A DNA stretch of 61,520 nucleotides, counting the filler, from Bipalium vagum (lineage: Eukaryota), in assembly GCA_037834085.1 (NCBI GenBank). It is 3 parts of 3 records of this genome, joined end to end, with 100 filler letters (N's around TTAATTAATTAA, not from the genome) between each part and the next. Parts side by side here need not be neighbours in the genome. Positions count along the whole stretch, not along the records: positions 1 to 16,052 come from JBBMKC010129768.1; positions 16,153 to 38,714 come from JBBMKC010220020.1; 1 more part is not named here. The stretch is one strand, 5' to 3'. Positions 13,480-26,979 of the stretch are shown one piece after another (positions within the stretch are counted from its first letter, which is position 1; the number at the start of each line of letters is the position of its first letter). A program made the translations under genes and the position numbers. The notes under the pieces are model-generated. The model made no database searches and was not told the DNA's origin. It was given only the letters and a program-made list of their open reading frames with translations.

Positions 13480-14210
13480 TATTGTTAAGCGTCATTAATA
13501 TACTTCTAATATATAATTATTACCTCTGAGGCCATCATACGAAGTTTTTCAAAATTGATTAGACCATCTTTCGTACAGGTTTTATTCCCCAAATGTATCG
13601 CAGTCAAGTCTTTCGAATGTAAAAACAAACACGGAATTAATGGAGGTTCAGTATATTCCGGTGAAACGAGTTGACGAATTCTGTGGAAATTGAACCTCAT
13701 ATCTGTGATAGACTGAAGAGAAAAATAATAAAATAATAAGTGATAATTGTAATTACTTACTTTAAGTTCCTCATATAATTTCAGAAATTTGTTGGGGACT
13801 TTATCCCAACTTGCCTTTAATCTATCAACTGGAGACAAGCTCAAGCCAGTTATAATACATAAGAGAGAATTGAAATTCTTCAGCTCCTTACATATTTTTG
13901 CTACCTTTATAAACTTCTTGATCAAATCTGCTCTTTTGCTCACATTTGGCTCCATACAAATTTCGGTAGCTGGCCAGAATGATTCTGTGTTGATTATCTT
14001 TTCAAAAATTTTGTAGTTTTCACATCCATTGGAGAATCCTATATTGCGCTTGGCTTTATCTTCAGACGAGTTGTTCAATTCCTTTGACTTTTCACTATCA
14101 CTTAACGAAGGTAACTCAAATACAAAATTAATGTATTCAGCCGCTTTGATATTCCGGAACATGGCATAATCAAACAAAGTTATTCTGGTTGCAATCTCAA
14201 AAGCTGACAA
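4437..14210 (-). CDS. RAPGEF2: Rap guanine nucleotide exchange factor, RAPGEF2/6 (PDZ-GEF)-like; 5'-partial (CDC25/RasGEF domain and C-terminal tail)
   Basis: GT-AG exons in consistent phase: 14210-13761, 13712-13524, 12660-12465, 12092-11859, 11772-11389, 10869-10711, 10600-10526, 7806-7535, and a tentative last exon 4493-4437. Protein has KKFIKVAKICKELKNFNSLLCIITGL, KDLTAIHLGN...DGLINFEKLRMMASEIR, and the RAPGEF2/6-type segment KKIYEEWMSTLKFQVYFDNFQVEKNIEYLHNLSQNLEP. N-terminal cNMP/REM/PDZ/RA exons are not found before the spacer at 16053. Confidence 0.88.
5020..6093 (-). mobile_element. Degenerate Tigger/pogo (CENP-B/DDE_1) DNA transposon
   Basis: Minus strand reads DEIAL...NAMPEH...NESDKGFK...IILCCANMEGEK with frameshifts. 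Tigger-like end TACAATAGAATCCGCTTAATGTGATC at 6093. Confidence 0.7.
6340..7220 (+). mobile_element. Degenerate mariner-like element
   Basis: Frameshifted TGDETW-like stretch (GGCGAGACATGGATGTATCATCCAGAA, ~6670) and a mariner-like C-terminal remnant near 7070-7170. Confidence 0.5.
9754..9828 (-). pseudogene. tRNA-Ala-derived pseudogene or SINE head
   Basis: Minus strand GGAGGATGTAGCTCAGTGGTCAGAGCAGTCCAGGCGCATACGAAAGATTCCGGACTCGAATCCCGGTATCTCCGA. Intact A-box/D-arm and CCGG/CCGG T-stem resemble eukaryotic tRNA-Ala(CGC). The anticodon stem does not pair and the T-loop GTTCGA is changed to ACTCGA. Confidence 0.6.
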
Positions 14211-15984
14211 CTAAGAATTGAATGGATAACATTAATAAAAATGCTTTTCCATATATATCTTATTATAATTTTTACCAATTTATCAAAAAAATCTTTACAG
14301 CGTTTTTTAAATACAGGACACAAATTATACTGACTTAATTTGTAAACAAAAAATGTCTGATTTGTAAGAATGGAAGAAATTGTTAATGTGCTTTAAAAAA
14401 ACATTTTCATTGATCAAAAAATTTTAAAAATAAAAGGTTTTATAAATATACTTTTATCAACAAGTATCTTATTTCCTATAGTTTTGTCTAACATTTCATT
14501 TTCGAAAATAAAATCCAGATAGAGTCATCTTTTGTAATTTATCTATAGTTGTCAATTTTTAGCACTTAATTTTTGTCAAATAAAAATCATTTAGCTAATT
14601 AATTTTTGATTAAATATCATTTAGGTTTGATAACATTAATTACTATTTATCATCAGAGAAAGAGATAGATTGGACTAATAAGGATTCTAAAATAATAAAT
14701 TAAAATAAATATTTTAATTATTTATAATGTAAAAGATTTAGAAATAATTAAAAATTGATTGATATAAAAAGTAGTTTAAAATAAAAAGTCAGATAACAAA
14801 TTTAGAAAAAATAATTTAAAATCTTCAAAATGAATTGATTTTTTCATCGTTAACTGTTTATTATAGAAATAATAAACTGTACACAACATTAAAAAGTTTA
14901 CTAAGTGATAAAGATGAAAATTAATTTTCTTCAGTTTTTGTTAAAAAAATAAACTGAGGAGAAAATCAAAATCGATTTTGTAGATAACAAAGCAAAAATC
15001 AGTAGCATGGACAATTCCTATATTTGCGATTGACTGATTTACCATTTATTTGGAGATTTATGTAAGAAGAGAATTTAACAGAAAGTTAATATCATATAAT
15101 CACATTTATCTCAGTTAACAAATCCGTCTTGTCAGGAAATTTTATTGAAGAGAATTAACTCCAATAATTGGAGTGCATTAAATGATAACGAATGTCAAAA
15201 TAATTGTAACAGATAATTCTAATTTCATTAATGACAATAGCAACTTTGATTTATACGAAATATATAAATAATTTTATATAATTAATAACTCAGTAATGAT
15301 TTAATATAGTGATCACACTGTGATTAAGGATTATTCAATTTCTGTAATAGTAACTACAATTTATTTAAAAGTAGGATACGTATATTGCATAAGTATCTTT
15401 TTGAATAAAGATTCTTATTAATTTATTTAATATATAAATTTATAATAAATTAATGAAAATGAAATAATATTTAGAAGATTACGCTGTAAAAATACTTTTT
15501 AATAATAACAATAAAAAATTGTTAAGAAACTTATCTGAAATTTGATAAAAAATCATATTGAAGAGACATTTAAGTTTTCAAATTTAAATACAAATATAAT
15601 TTATATTAAAAAAAACAAAAGCAACGAAAACACCCCTTTGTCGTAGAAAATAAACTTGGTGATTAATTTTTCAAGAAAATATTTTAATATTCTTTGTTTA
15701 ATACTTTTCATCTCTATATAAATAAAAATAAAATTTAAATAAAACTAAATAATTAAAAGATTGTCAGCAAAAATTGAATATATAAGATTTTTAAACTATG
15801 CAAGCGTGTACCATTTTTGACCTATTGGAAATTTTCTTAAATGCATGATTTTATCCATGACGATTCAAGAAACCATAGACAATTATGTTATGAAATCCTG
15901 TGCAAGAATTTAATTTATTAAATCAATAACTGTCTTTTATTAAAATAAAGATACTACAAAAATTAATATAAATAAACAAAAAAA

Positions 15985-15987
<3 letters not shown>

Positions 15988-16052
<65 letters not shown>
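15988..16052. repeat. (AAT)n microsatellite at contig end
   Basis: Directly visible and runs into the N gap. Confidence 0.95.
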
Positions 16053-16152
16053 NNNNNNNNNNNNNNNNNNNNNNNNNNNNNNNNNNNNNNNNNNNNTTAA
16101 TTAATTAANNNNNNNNNNNNNNNNNNNNNNNNNNNNNNNNNNNNNNNNNNNN
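16053..16152. other. Artificial 100-bp spacer N44-TTAATTAATTAA-N44
   Basis: Exact symmetric structure. The 12-mer has stops in all six frames. Identical to 38715-38814. Confidence 0.95.
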
Positions 16153-16214
16153 TAATATTGATCAATAAATAAAATTGAAAATATGATGGAAAAATGTCAA
16201 ACACAATGTATTTG

Positions 16215-16283
16215 ACGGCGGCACACTTGCATTCGGTTCACGGCACAGCAGTGTGCCGTGGCGCACCGGTTGCGGAGCACTGG
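16215..16283. mobile_element. hAT (Charlie-like) terminal fragment
   Basis: GC-rich CACGGCACAGCAGTGTGCCGTGGCGCACCGGTTGCGGAGCACTG, with a subterminal palindrome and a CAGTG-type end typical of hAT termini. Confidence 0.55.
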
Positions 16284-16289
16284 TGTAAA

Positions 16290-17300
16290 GGATATGGCTT
16301 CTAAAAGAAAAAGCAAATTAATAAATCATGATCCAGATAATGTGATTAACTGTGACGAAACTGGCTTTTTTTATAAGCTGCCACAAAATAATTAATTAAT
16401 TTTATCGAATGTTCAGAAAGCATCAGGAAAATTCTCTAAAAAAAGGGCTACATTCTTTTTTGTTGGTTTAGACCGGAGAAAAAAATAACCGATTAATTAT
16501 AGGGAAATGTAAAAAACATAAAGGCTTTTAGAATTTTGGCAAAATTAAAATTAAACACACTAGCAAAAAGGCATGGGTGTTTCTCGAAATATTTAATGAG
16601 ACCTTAAATGAAATGAATGCTTTATTTAAGAAGGAAAATCGAAAATTATTACTGCTTTTTATAATACTACTGTGCATCATGTCTAGCTAAGTTTTTCCAA
16701 TATCCAACCATTTCTAGCTCTAAAGTTCAACCATTTGATGAAGGAATTATTTATTCCTTTAAATCAAATTATAAGAAATTCTTGAACAGAAAAATATTTT
16801 TCCAAGCCGAAGATTTAAATTTGAATCATATCGATACTCTTAAAAAGAAAACATTGACTAACGCTGTATTTTTTATGGTTGAAGTTTGGAAAAGTGCGAT
16901 GGGATAATGTGTAATAAACTGTTTCAATAAGGCTTTAACAAATTTCGATATTCCAGCTGAAGATTTATCTAATAATACCGATGATAATTCAATCAGATCC
17001 AAATGATTTCATTATTTTCGATCCGGTAATAGACGATATTGTTGGATCAGATATTTTGATAATATTCAAGATTCAATAGAATATTGCGAAAAGCAAATTT
17101 TGGGTTGAACCAACAACTCAATCTTGTGAAGCCTTTTAAAATTTATTTAATAAAAATAATTTGGTGTTTATTTCTTCAGGACACAGTGGATCTTTGTTGT
17201 GAACCATTTAAAAAAAATGATTGACGATATCGATGTAAGTGGTTTTTTCGAAACAAAGCCTTGGCGAGACAAAAATTTCGTCCCGTAATGTTTTACAGTT
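16290..17300 (+). mobile_element. Degenerate Tigger/pogo transposon
   Basis: DPDNVINCDETGFFYKLP, KAWV, RKLLLL and SKVQPFDEGIIYSFKSNYKK DDE_1 motifs, with stops and frameshifts. Confidence 0.8.
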
Positions 17301-18377
17301 TTTATATGTACATTTTTCATAATAAATTTTTGTTTTCATGTTATTGGTCATGTTTTAGGACTATAAAAATCATTAATTTTAAGGTGATTGACTATTTGTC
17401 ATAGTCAAGACGTAGTTGATTTTTTCTAAATTTCACTGTTCTTATTACGCAAAAGTTTACCATCAAAATAACATTTTAATTAATTACTTTTATAAATTTA
17501 GTGTTTGAATTTAAATTTTAAAGTGCTATTTCTTTATTTTTAAACTACTGATAAGCCTTTTTAAAAAATAATAAAATTAAAACTAAAATATATTTTTTTA
17601 ATCCTTACAACTTTAGATATAAACATTATGTGTATTTTTTAAGTTTACAAAAATGTCGGGTTGCTTTTGTTTTTTATCTGAGTCTATGTGAGTGTGAAGA
17701 TAGTGTACCAATCACAAAATAGAAGATTATTTTTTATAACTTTTATTAACTATATTACAATTTACAAATACATGTTTAAAATCACGAACAAGTTTTTATA
17801 CAACCGGTATTTTAAAAAAATATTTCCAGCATTTAAATTTCTAAGAACAGTCAAGAAATCTAAGACCCATGAAAATTTATTTTCACTGAAAACAACAAAA
17901 TGTTGAAAATGTATTACAAACCTTTAAAATTGAAATAGAAAATATTTTATAATTCTAGTTTCTTCTCAGTAAAGTTCATGTTAAAAATGTTTATTATTAC
18001 TCAATAATTGTTCTATTTTAGCACAAAATATAATGGCTAGAAAAAAATATTAGTGCTATATTGTCAAAAAATAAGAAAACATCTTTTTATAGGATTTTTC
18101 CGAAAAATGAGGATTAAACAGATTTGTTATTCATTAAAAAATTCAATTCTGCTTGAAAACATAATTAGCAAAATCCAAAAATTCAGCAAAATCCTAATTT
18201 TATTATATATCGAAATCTGCAACATAAGAATATACCTAAACAAGCATAATTGTCACCAAAAGAATTTTTAGTCATGCAATCACTAAAAATTAAGCCAAAA
18301 TAGAAACTATCAAAATCTATATTCAACAAAAATATCAGTTTCTTTAATTTTATTCATTTGATGGCTCTAACTTTTTT

Positions 18378-21300
18378 TCAGTCAACAATATCTTTCAATT
18401 CGTTAAACAATTTTGCAGAACCTTTATTTAAAAACCAAACCAATCGTCCATGGTATGGATCTACTAGACTTACTGGATAGTTTTCATTACCGCCAAGCTT
18501 GAAATCGTTAATGCATTTCTGTAAAAAAAATATTGGTATGAGATATTTAGTAATATTTTTCTCTTTAAGATTACATCGTTCAATAGTGAATTTCGAAAAT
18601 ATTATTTTCTGTTGTTATCCAACTTGCACAACAAACTTGTGGAAATCAATATTTTAATAATATATTACAAATATATTAAAATTGGATCTTTGCCGTGAAA
18701 GCCCAAAATAATATATAATACAGATGAACTATTCATCTTATAAGGATCTAGAAGAAGAAAATGTATTATGTCGTCTGGGCTGCAAGTACATATCTTTTGC
18801 CACTACACCAAAGAAGACCGTATCAAAAGGCATAATGAGATTATCAGAGAACTAGCCTTAGTAATATCCGAAAAACACTTAAAATTCGATATTGATAAAA
18901 AATGGCATGATTCGAAATTAAACGCCTGACTTTATTATAACATGGGAGGTGAGAAATCACATACAAACTCAATAAAATTAATAGTGAAACACTTCGAAAA
19001 GAAATTGAAGAAAGCAGCAAATACCTGACGTCGCTAGATAAAAAACTATTGCATTTTTTTCCGATGGCATTCCTTCTTCGGTAGATAGATGGCAGAGAGT
19101 AGTTGACATTGATGGAAAATATTTAATCAATTAATGTTTGTATGTTAACAATAAAATTTATTTTGAAGTGCTGTTGATTAGGAGCTCATAATTAAATTGG
19201 ATTCTTAATACCAAAGTAATACTAAAACCTTTGAAATAGATTATTTTATTCAAATTTTAATGCGTTAAGTCCATTTTAGGTGCTTGAAAGGTCAAAAAAT
19301 CATTTAGAATTTTTAAAATAACGATAAAGACCTGTTTAAATGAACAAAATAAAAAATATTTTTTATTGATTAATTTTCTTGATGAAAAATAATATTAATG
19401 CTAGTATAAAATTTCAAATAGATATGATGGGTGATTGGCATATTATTAAAATGAACCGAGGGCGGACTTTTATGAATTATTTTCCATTAAAATTTTAATA
19501 ATAAATGTCGATTGCATGTCAATCAAAAATATTTTAAAAATTCTAAATTTAACCAGGCCGAAAATGAAATAAATACCTGGACAATACTCGCTTTAGACTC
19601 ACCAACTGCTACGATACAAATATTATGTGCGCTGTTGATAAGTGGAAACGTCATGGTTATTCTCTTGCTCGGAGGCTTTGGGCTATCGTCGAGAGATGCT
19701 ATTATGCAGTCAGACCCCTAGATTAGAAAATATCTGAAACTTTCGTGAGAGCACTTTTGTGGATTATTAATTTTCAGCATTTAAAAAAATCAAATTATCT
19801 TTCCTATTAAAATATTAAAAGAAATTGAAGTACAGATTTGAGTGGATAATTCTTAAATTATCATCAAAAGTCTAAATCTAAAAAGAAGTTCAAAAAGAAA
19901 GAATCAGAAAAGCTGTCAACTTTAACATACATTCAAGCTCCTAAATAGTTTAAAAAATTAATCGTGCTATATATATTTATAACAAAGAATGATCGAAAAT
20001 TTCCTCGTGTCTACTTTAAAAGAAATTAACTTGAAACACGTTTAGTTCTGTTATGAAACTAGAAGGACTAAAATAAAGGTTGTACTACAATATGCGTAAC
20101 CTACTGTTACCCTTAGGATTCTGCTAACAATCCTCGAATGCGACCATATTGATTGATTGACATTTTTGACTTGTTTTATTTATCATGTCACAATGAAGTT
20201 TTTTATAACAGTATTAATATCCCTAAATATTTAATCGATTTTTATTAAATTAAGTACTTTTCCACTTCTCCCAATAATTATAATAAATCAACAACCATAA
20301 ACATATACATATGTATAAAGAATCATTTTCATACTATGAAAATTAAAATTTTTAAATACAGTTAAATCCGTTTAATATAAACATCTAAATCAAAATTGAT
20401 TGAAACCTATGATTCTTGAAAAATTAGTTTTTCAATATGAAAATATTTTATTTTGAACAATGAACATTAAGTGCAAAAAACATAATATCTTTTCTTTAGT
20501 TTTATTTTTTAAATATTAATATATTGGTCTCTATTATGAATAGGACAAATCTCAAGTTATAACGAAAACCATTTAAGAGCAGAAGAATTTATTAAAATTA
20601 TTTGATGGCAACAAGGGATATTCTCAACGCTTTCATCAAAATAACATCTCTAATTAGGTTGTATAAATGATGTTATAAAATCTGAAGAGCAGTAAACAGT
20701 CATCTCTAATTGTTTTACCAATTCTTTTCTATAATTTGAAATTGATTAGAAATTTGAAGAACTTTTACTTGTCGTAGTGGATAAGTATAAAAACGGTTCC
20801 GTTTTAAATACTCGAAATAAATGATGACTCTGTTGCAAATTTCGAAGATGCTATTGTGACGAAAAATGAAAGATGCTTTCAAATTAAGCCTCCAGATAAA
20901 ACGAAAAATATTGATTGATGGTATATTCAACGAGAAAAATAATTAGGCAATAGAAAAGAGAAATACGACTGTCGTAATAAAAATCTTTTTTTCTTATATT
21001 TTTTGTGAAAATATTTGTACAGGGTTGGTATTCATTCATATTAAGTATGTTTAACTGTACACCAGTTAAATATCGTAAAAACTGTAACAATACAATAAAA
21101 TTTTGAAATTAAAACAATAAATTAAAAATCTAATGATATAATAATTTATTTTGTCTCTTTCGATTTTCCTTTAAAATAATATATATTGTGGAAATTAAAT
21201 TACTTGGTGTGTCTTAGGTTCAGATTCATTTTAAATAATTTTTACAGAAAATATAAAGTCTGAATTAAATTTCGCTTTTATGTTTCAAATACAAGTAGAC

Positions 21301-23363
21301 CGAAGCCGAATAACAATACCAATAAACTTTATTAAAATCTAAAAGACATCTACATAAATTTTCTACGAGTAGTCACCTCCAATGTCAACTGCATTAATAT
21401 TTGTCATGTATCAATTTAAATGATCTAATTCCTGTGTATATTTTGCATGGTTTTTCTAGATCTTATTCAAGTCATTCTTTACTGTTAAAAATTCAATTCA
21501 CAATTCTCAGTTAGGAACACATCTCTCCAATATTTTGATATATTAGGTGAATATAGTATTCCTTAAATATGTGTTGAATTCCAATGTTTTTACTTCAGAC
21601 CATATATTTTTAGATGAAATTGAAATTTCAGTTGGTGTAACTAACTGGTTAACACTAACAAAGACACTTATTATTGGTGGTTACGTAAGATTTCATTTTT
21701 CGAAATATTCGTAATAAATTTTATGAAGACCGAAATAGTTTTTGATGTTAAAATTTCCTTTCACATCACTGCAATAATCCCAATTCGAATTGTTAGTGAT
21801 TGTCAGATTATCAATATTTTCCCTTTTATCTGAAATCATTGAATAAAATACAATAAAATGCATTGTTAATTTCACAAAATACTTTAATGATAATTTTGAC
21901 ATTAACTCAATGCTTAAACAACTTTTTATACATTTTTAAAAAATTTATATTTTTTGTATTTACTAAATAATAATTAAATTATTCTTTAAAAATCCATTAA
22001 AAAATTATTTTAAAATCATTTTAATAACCTCACACAAAAACTGAAAATAAATTGAGTTAAAAACAATTATTATTAAGCTGGGTCATGAGTCCATTAAAAA
22101 TCGAAAAAAAGTTTAAGCTTTATTTGATATTCAAATAACTTTAGTCAATGAATTTAAATCGATTTTCAAGTAAATAATGTTTACAAAAGATTGGTTTAGT
22201 GAATAAATATCAAGAATAAAAGAAAATATACGATCATTGCACTATAATTAATATCAGATATAAAGTAAGAAATGAGTACAAATTCAACAAAGCTATCATT
22301 TTATGTTTGCATTTAAATCTAATTTTATAAGAGTTTACGGAGAGGTTACATTTAACAAATGAGAAATTGAGTGAGCAAACAGTATGTATTTCAACTTAAA
22401 ATATAATAAGTGGATGGAGAACGGTAAATTATAATACGACAGTTCCTCTGAAATCAAGCGGAATAAATGTTAATAGTAAAGAAGCGAATAAATTAAGCAA
22501 AATACCACAAAATATTTTAGGCTAAGTTACCAAAATATTAAAATTTAATTTTATAATAAACTGTATCTAACCAAGACCAAATTCTAACAAGGAATACAGT
22601 CAGATTAAGAGAGAATATCCAAAACAAAAATCTAATTTAAAATCTCATCAGTATCTTACTTTAAAAATATTATAGGGCTTTATTTATAAATATGAACAGT
22701 TACAATACAGTGTTACGAAAGTCTTATTGAAAAAAATTTTTTTTCAATATAATTTGAGTATTATTATCTTACCTTCAAAAGCCTATGATTCGGAAACAAA
22801 GAAGCAGTATGACCATCAGGTCCGATTCCAAGAAACAAGGCATCGAATTTCGGTATATCTTTTTCACACGACGATTTCGATTGAAAATAATTTTGAATAT
22901 TTACCTTGTAATCATCTGTGGCCTCAAGAACTTAAAAAAACATTAAAACGTTAAAAAAAACCCTAACAAAACTACAATTTAAATCTAAATTTATCTTATG
23001 TATGTTTTCCCTGGCAGTCGATCGTTTGGAAAATAGCTTTTCATCGTATTCATTGAAAGTAAAATCTTTGCTACTTTTATCATCAACAAAGCGTTCATCG
23101 CAAAAGAAAAAGTGAATATGTTTATAGATTTGTTCTGACAAATTCAAAAATACTTTTGACAACAATTCTATGATACTTCCTCCTGATAGATGAATAATAG
23201 TCACTTTGTCTTTAAAATATCATTTATATAAAAATGATATATTACCTGATAGACCAACACTGAATGTTTCTTTGTGACTTATTTTTTGAGAAATAATAAC
23301 AATTAAAAATTCATTTATAGCTGAAATTAATTCCTCATCATTGTCGCAAATTACAGTTTCCAT
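18378..23363 (-). CDS. PGLS: 6-phosphogluconolactonase (complete, 5 exons, 254 aa)
   Basis: Exons 23363-23246, 23182-22976, 22930-22773, 19717-19577, 18518-18378 (765 nt, ATG to TGA, all GT-AG). Motifs FSVGLSGGS, FFFCDERFV, FDALFLGIGPDGHTASLFP, DSPKPPSKRITMTFPLIN, VAVGESKA, GRLVWFL. Confidence 0.95.
18680..19210 (+). mobile_element. Mariner remnant in PGLS intron 4
   Basis: C-terminus FFSDGIPSSVDRWQRVVDIDGKYLIN* is a typical mariner ending (RWQKVV...GKY). Confidence 0.7.
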
Positions 23364-23619
23364 TATTTAAATGAATGATATAAAAATATATAGAATTAAA
23401 CTAAATTAATTTTTATTTTGAAATTATAAACAAACTTTAAAATCAAAGTCATTTAATAATTTACGTCATTTAATATTTAACTTATTTTTTCATTTTTTCA
23501 ATTAATTAGTTGTTTGGAAAATAAAATTTTAGTTTGGGAAAGTTAATGAACATAAGTAATCGATTCAATAAAAAACATGTATTAGTTACATAATCGAAAA
23601 TTATTTAGTCCTCAACTTA

Positions 23620-24279
23620 TACAGGGTGTTTCATAAGTAACTGACTATTTGAATCATACTGAATCATATGTTTCTTTATCTACTTTTTATTAATCATTTT
23701 CTTATTATGCAAGAAACTAGGATTTAATCAATAGAATAACCGAAAAATGAATAACACAAAGAATCTTTGTCATTTTGGTGTTGGAATATTGTATGCTCAT
23801 CATATGAATATTTTGTGGAATCTTTAACTGATTCAGCCAAATATTTTTGTTCATGTTTTTATTTTGACGGACTCGGTCAAAAAAGAGACTTGATACGAAT
23901 CACAAAAAAATAACAAAAGCAAATAATTTTCTTAAAAACAAACAAAAATATTTAAAATCACAAAAAAGACAAACAAATAATTTTCTATTTACAAATTTAT
24001 TTTTAGAAAATTGATTCGAAGTTTCTTGATTAAATCTGTTGTCGCCACATTCATTCATTTAGATATAATTCAAAGAGATCATCATAGACGCCCTTCATTG
24101 ACATGATCTTAATCTTCAGTTTTTCCAAAATGGATTCCAATCTTCGACTGTGAGCTCCAGTCAAAAAATTCATCTTGTGATTAATAGTTCGATAAACATA
24201 ATTTTCAAGAAAAAAATCTCACATTTTTCCTCATTTCTGCATAGAAATTAAAAACGACAGATTTTGAAACGCCCGTGTA
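23620..24279. mobile_element. Non-autonomous Tc1/mariner element
   Basis: Imperfect TIRs TACAGGGTGTTTCA ... TGAAACGCCCGTGTA with TA at both ends. Confidence 0.55.
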
Positions 24280-24675
24280 ATAAATGTAATAAATGGACAA
24301 AGTTATTTAGATGTATTTTGAATTTCTCAAAAAAGGATTCATTAAAAATATCTATTGTAATTTATGCAATTTTTCGTGTAGCACCGCCATGAAGTACAAC
24401 CAGTGTTTCTTTTTGATGTGTATTCCTTGAATATCGTAACACAATCATTGCATTTATCTAAAATCATTAATATTATAAATTACCTAATAGGAATAACAGA
24501 CTGTTTTCTCTTAAAAACATAATTACATAGGATGGAACACCCATCACTGTGTTGTTTATTAATTTAATATTCATTTCTTTATTATCAACATGAAAAATTG
24601 AGATCGGTCAAAAAAGAGTCTTGATAGTCATTTCGGTAAAAAAAACATGATCCAATATCTTTTAATAAGTAAGCG

Positions 24676-24719
<44 letters not shown>

Positions 24720-25239
24720 TATTTCAATACAGATCATCCTATGGTAATAAGAACATATTCTCAGGCTAATTGCTTTAATAATATTATTATTTACCCCAAT
24801 AAAGTTCATATTATTATATTCATCATTTAAAACTAACTTATTTTATGAGAAATAAATTATTTTAATTTTTTGTTTCGTTTATTGTTTTCTGTCACTTTAG
24901 ACAGAAACAGTTTTAACTGATCATTATCGAAAGGAATTTAGATTATATTTTCCATTAATTTTTTTAGCTTGATTGATTCGATTACTATTTATTACTAAAA
25001 ATACATTTTTTGTTAGAATTCTCATTTTAATGTTTTATTATGTGCCATATTTATTTGAAAATATTTTATTTTTTATAATAATAATAATCTTTGATAAATA
25101 ACTATACATAATAATAATCATTTAAGTCATATAAAATTTTGAAAATTTATAATTACTCATTCTCCATTTTAAAAAATAATCATTTATTTTCGTATTCTGT
25201 CCAGATTAGGAGATCTTTCATTTTTTTACAATATATGAT

Positions 25240-25925
25240 TGTTGAGGCAATTTAAAGTAATTAAGTATTCAGCTCAGGTGTCAATGTTTGAGCTGAGCTG
25301 AATAATTGAAACTTCTGGAAGTCCATTAGTAAATGGACTATGTGAGATGACGAGGCTTAATTAGAAGGATTAGTTTTGTATCTTAGTCTAATTGAGCTAT
25401 TGGTAGAGATTCCCGGTTTCAACATTAATCAATGGGAAAACGAAAAAGATTGAACATATCCTTGATAAGAGTGGAAAGTCGGAAATGAGAATACTAATTG
25501 GTTGATAGAGAATCTATGAGAACTCCTATTTAATGGAGTTGCGGAGTTTTCGCAATTAGAAATCAGAATTAAGTAAGAAAATAGATAAGGAATAAGTAAA
25601 GTTGAGAATTGGAGTGAAGTATGGAATTGAATTGAAATTACGTTGAGAGCTAAAATTAAAGAAAATTGATTCGAAGTCAAAGAAAGCAGATCTAAAAGGA
25701 AACTTAATCAGGTGAATAATAATAATATATTATTTTTGAAAATTAATATATATATATATTAATATAATATATTAATATAATTATTATTTTGGGATTTTAA
25801 CTACTAAGAAATAAATGTTTATTTTGATTATTTTCATTCCTAGTGCAAAGATTATTCTGTCTATTTTGATTAAAAATGTGTTGAGATAGCTAAAGCGTGT
25901 CTCTATAAATTGCGTAGGCCACAAA
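25240..25925 (+). mobile_element. Solo-LTR-like element (TGTTGAGGC start) with 5' palindrome
   Basis: TG start, 12-bp palindrome at 25266-25304, second hairpin AGTCCATT/AATGGACT, TATA-like TATTTAA at ~25527, purine-rich tract. Shares architecture with 28398-29218. The 3' end is uncertain. Confidence 0.45.
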
Positions 25926-26029
25926 ATAGTCTGACTTATAATAACAAGTTCTAATGATAATAATAATTTTTTTTGTTTTTACTTGACAATGTCGACTTGT
26001 AAAGATTAGATTACGTTGATAATTAGGGA

Positions 26030-26820
26030 CTGATTTTAGTAATTGTCGACTGACAAGGGAAATGACGTCCCATGATTTGAAGTCGGTTAATGACGGAATA
26101 TTCGGCTCGCCAATATAAAAACGGATTAATCAACGAAGAAGTTCTCCCTGAAAGTAAAATTTGTGAGATTTTTGTTGCTAATATTTCAAAAGATTGCTTT
26201 TTCGTTTGAAGATTGTTGTTTTCAAGTTATTTAATTATGAATTTTTTGAGACAGGATTCAATTGTGAAGAATTTCAGATGATACCAAAACGAATAATATA
26301 AACAAAATAACACGATTTTAAAGGTAAAATCTACTTTTTAATAAATTTACAGTAATTACAGTAAATAAAAATGAAAAATTGAAAATTGATCCTGTTGTAA
26401 TTCTGACTGATTCCTCTCTAAATGATAATAACTTTAATATCATTACTATAAATCAAGTCGATCTTGACAGTGATAGCCAGTCTCAGACTGAAGATGATTT
26501 AGTAAGACATTATAGTAATAATGTAAATCTAAATGAAGCCTCCCCTCTGGATCCATCTAATAATAACTCTAACTCTATAAATAATTATCTATTTATAGAG
26601 AATCTTTCTGACTTTTTTCTGTCTCACTCTAGAACCCTTGCTTCGAAAAATTGCTTCCGTAGACTGTAATCTGCTAACTGTAAATAATGTTGAATTTAAT
26701 ATCTTAGAATATGCAGATAATCTAGTTATTTTTGGGGCCCACTCAAAAAAAAAATTAAAGTAATTTTAGATAATCTCATCAATTTGACCAGCAAAATTCA
26801 TTGACCTTAGGAGTTCCATT
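26030..26820 (+). mobile_element. Internally deleted non-LTR retrotransposon remnant
   Basis: Low-complexity ORF 26379..26669 is followed by NVEFNILEYADNLVIFGAHS...ILDNL (~26686-26790), a YADD-type RT motif in a LAYADDLVL context. Confidence 0.5.
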
Positions 26821-26979
26821 TGGTCAATTAAGAAAACAAAATATTGACAACATAATATTTATTTTTTAATAATATATTTTCTATTTTCTTAAAATAGGAA
26901 TTATTTTTAGATTTCACATTAAAATGTTTTAAAATTTATTATTAAAAAAAAATTTATATTAAAAACAAAGAATCTATAA

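Noticed and set aside
13789-14016. Plus-strand 75-aa ORF
   Set aside because: Antisense shadow of the RAPGEF exon.
16097-16108. TTAATTAATTAA palindrome
   Set aside because: Synthetic six-frame stop linker inside N padding, not genomic.
19512-19721. Plus-strand 69-aa ORF (also 22727..22954)
   Set aside because: Antisense shadows of PGLS exons 4 and 3.
21360-21902. Minus-strand ORF and downstream sequence as a nested gene in a PGLS intron
   Set aside because: Multiple stops and frameshifts with no recognisable domain; probably decayed transposon sequence.
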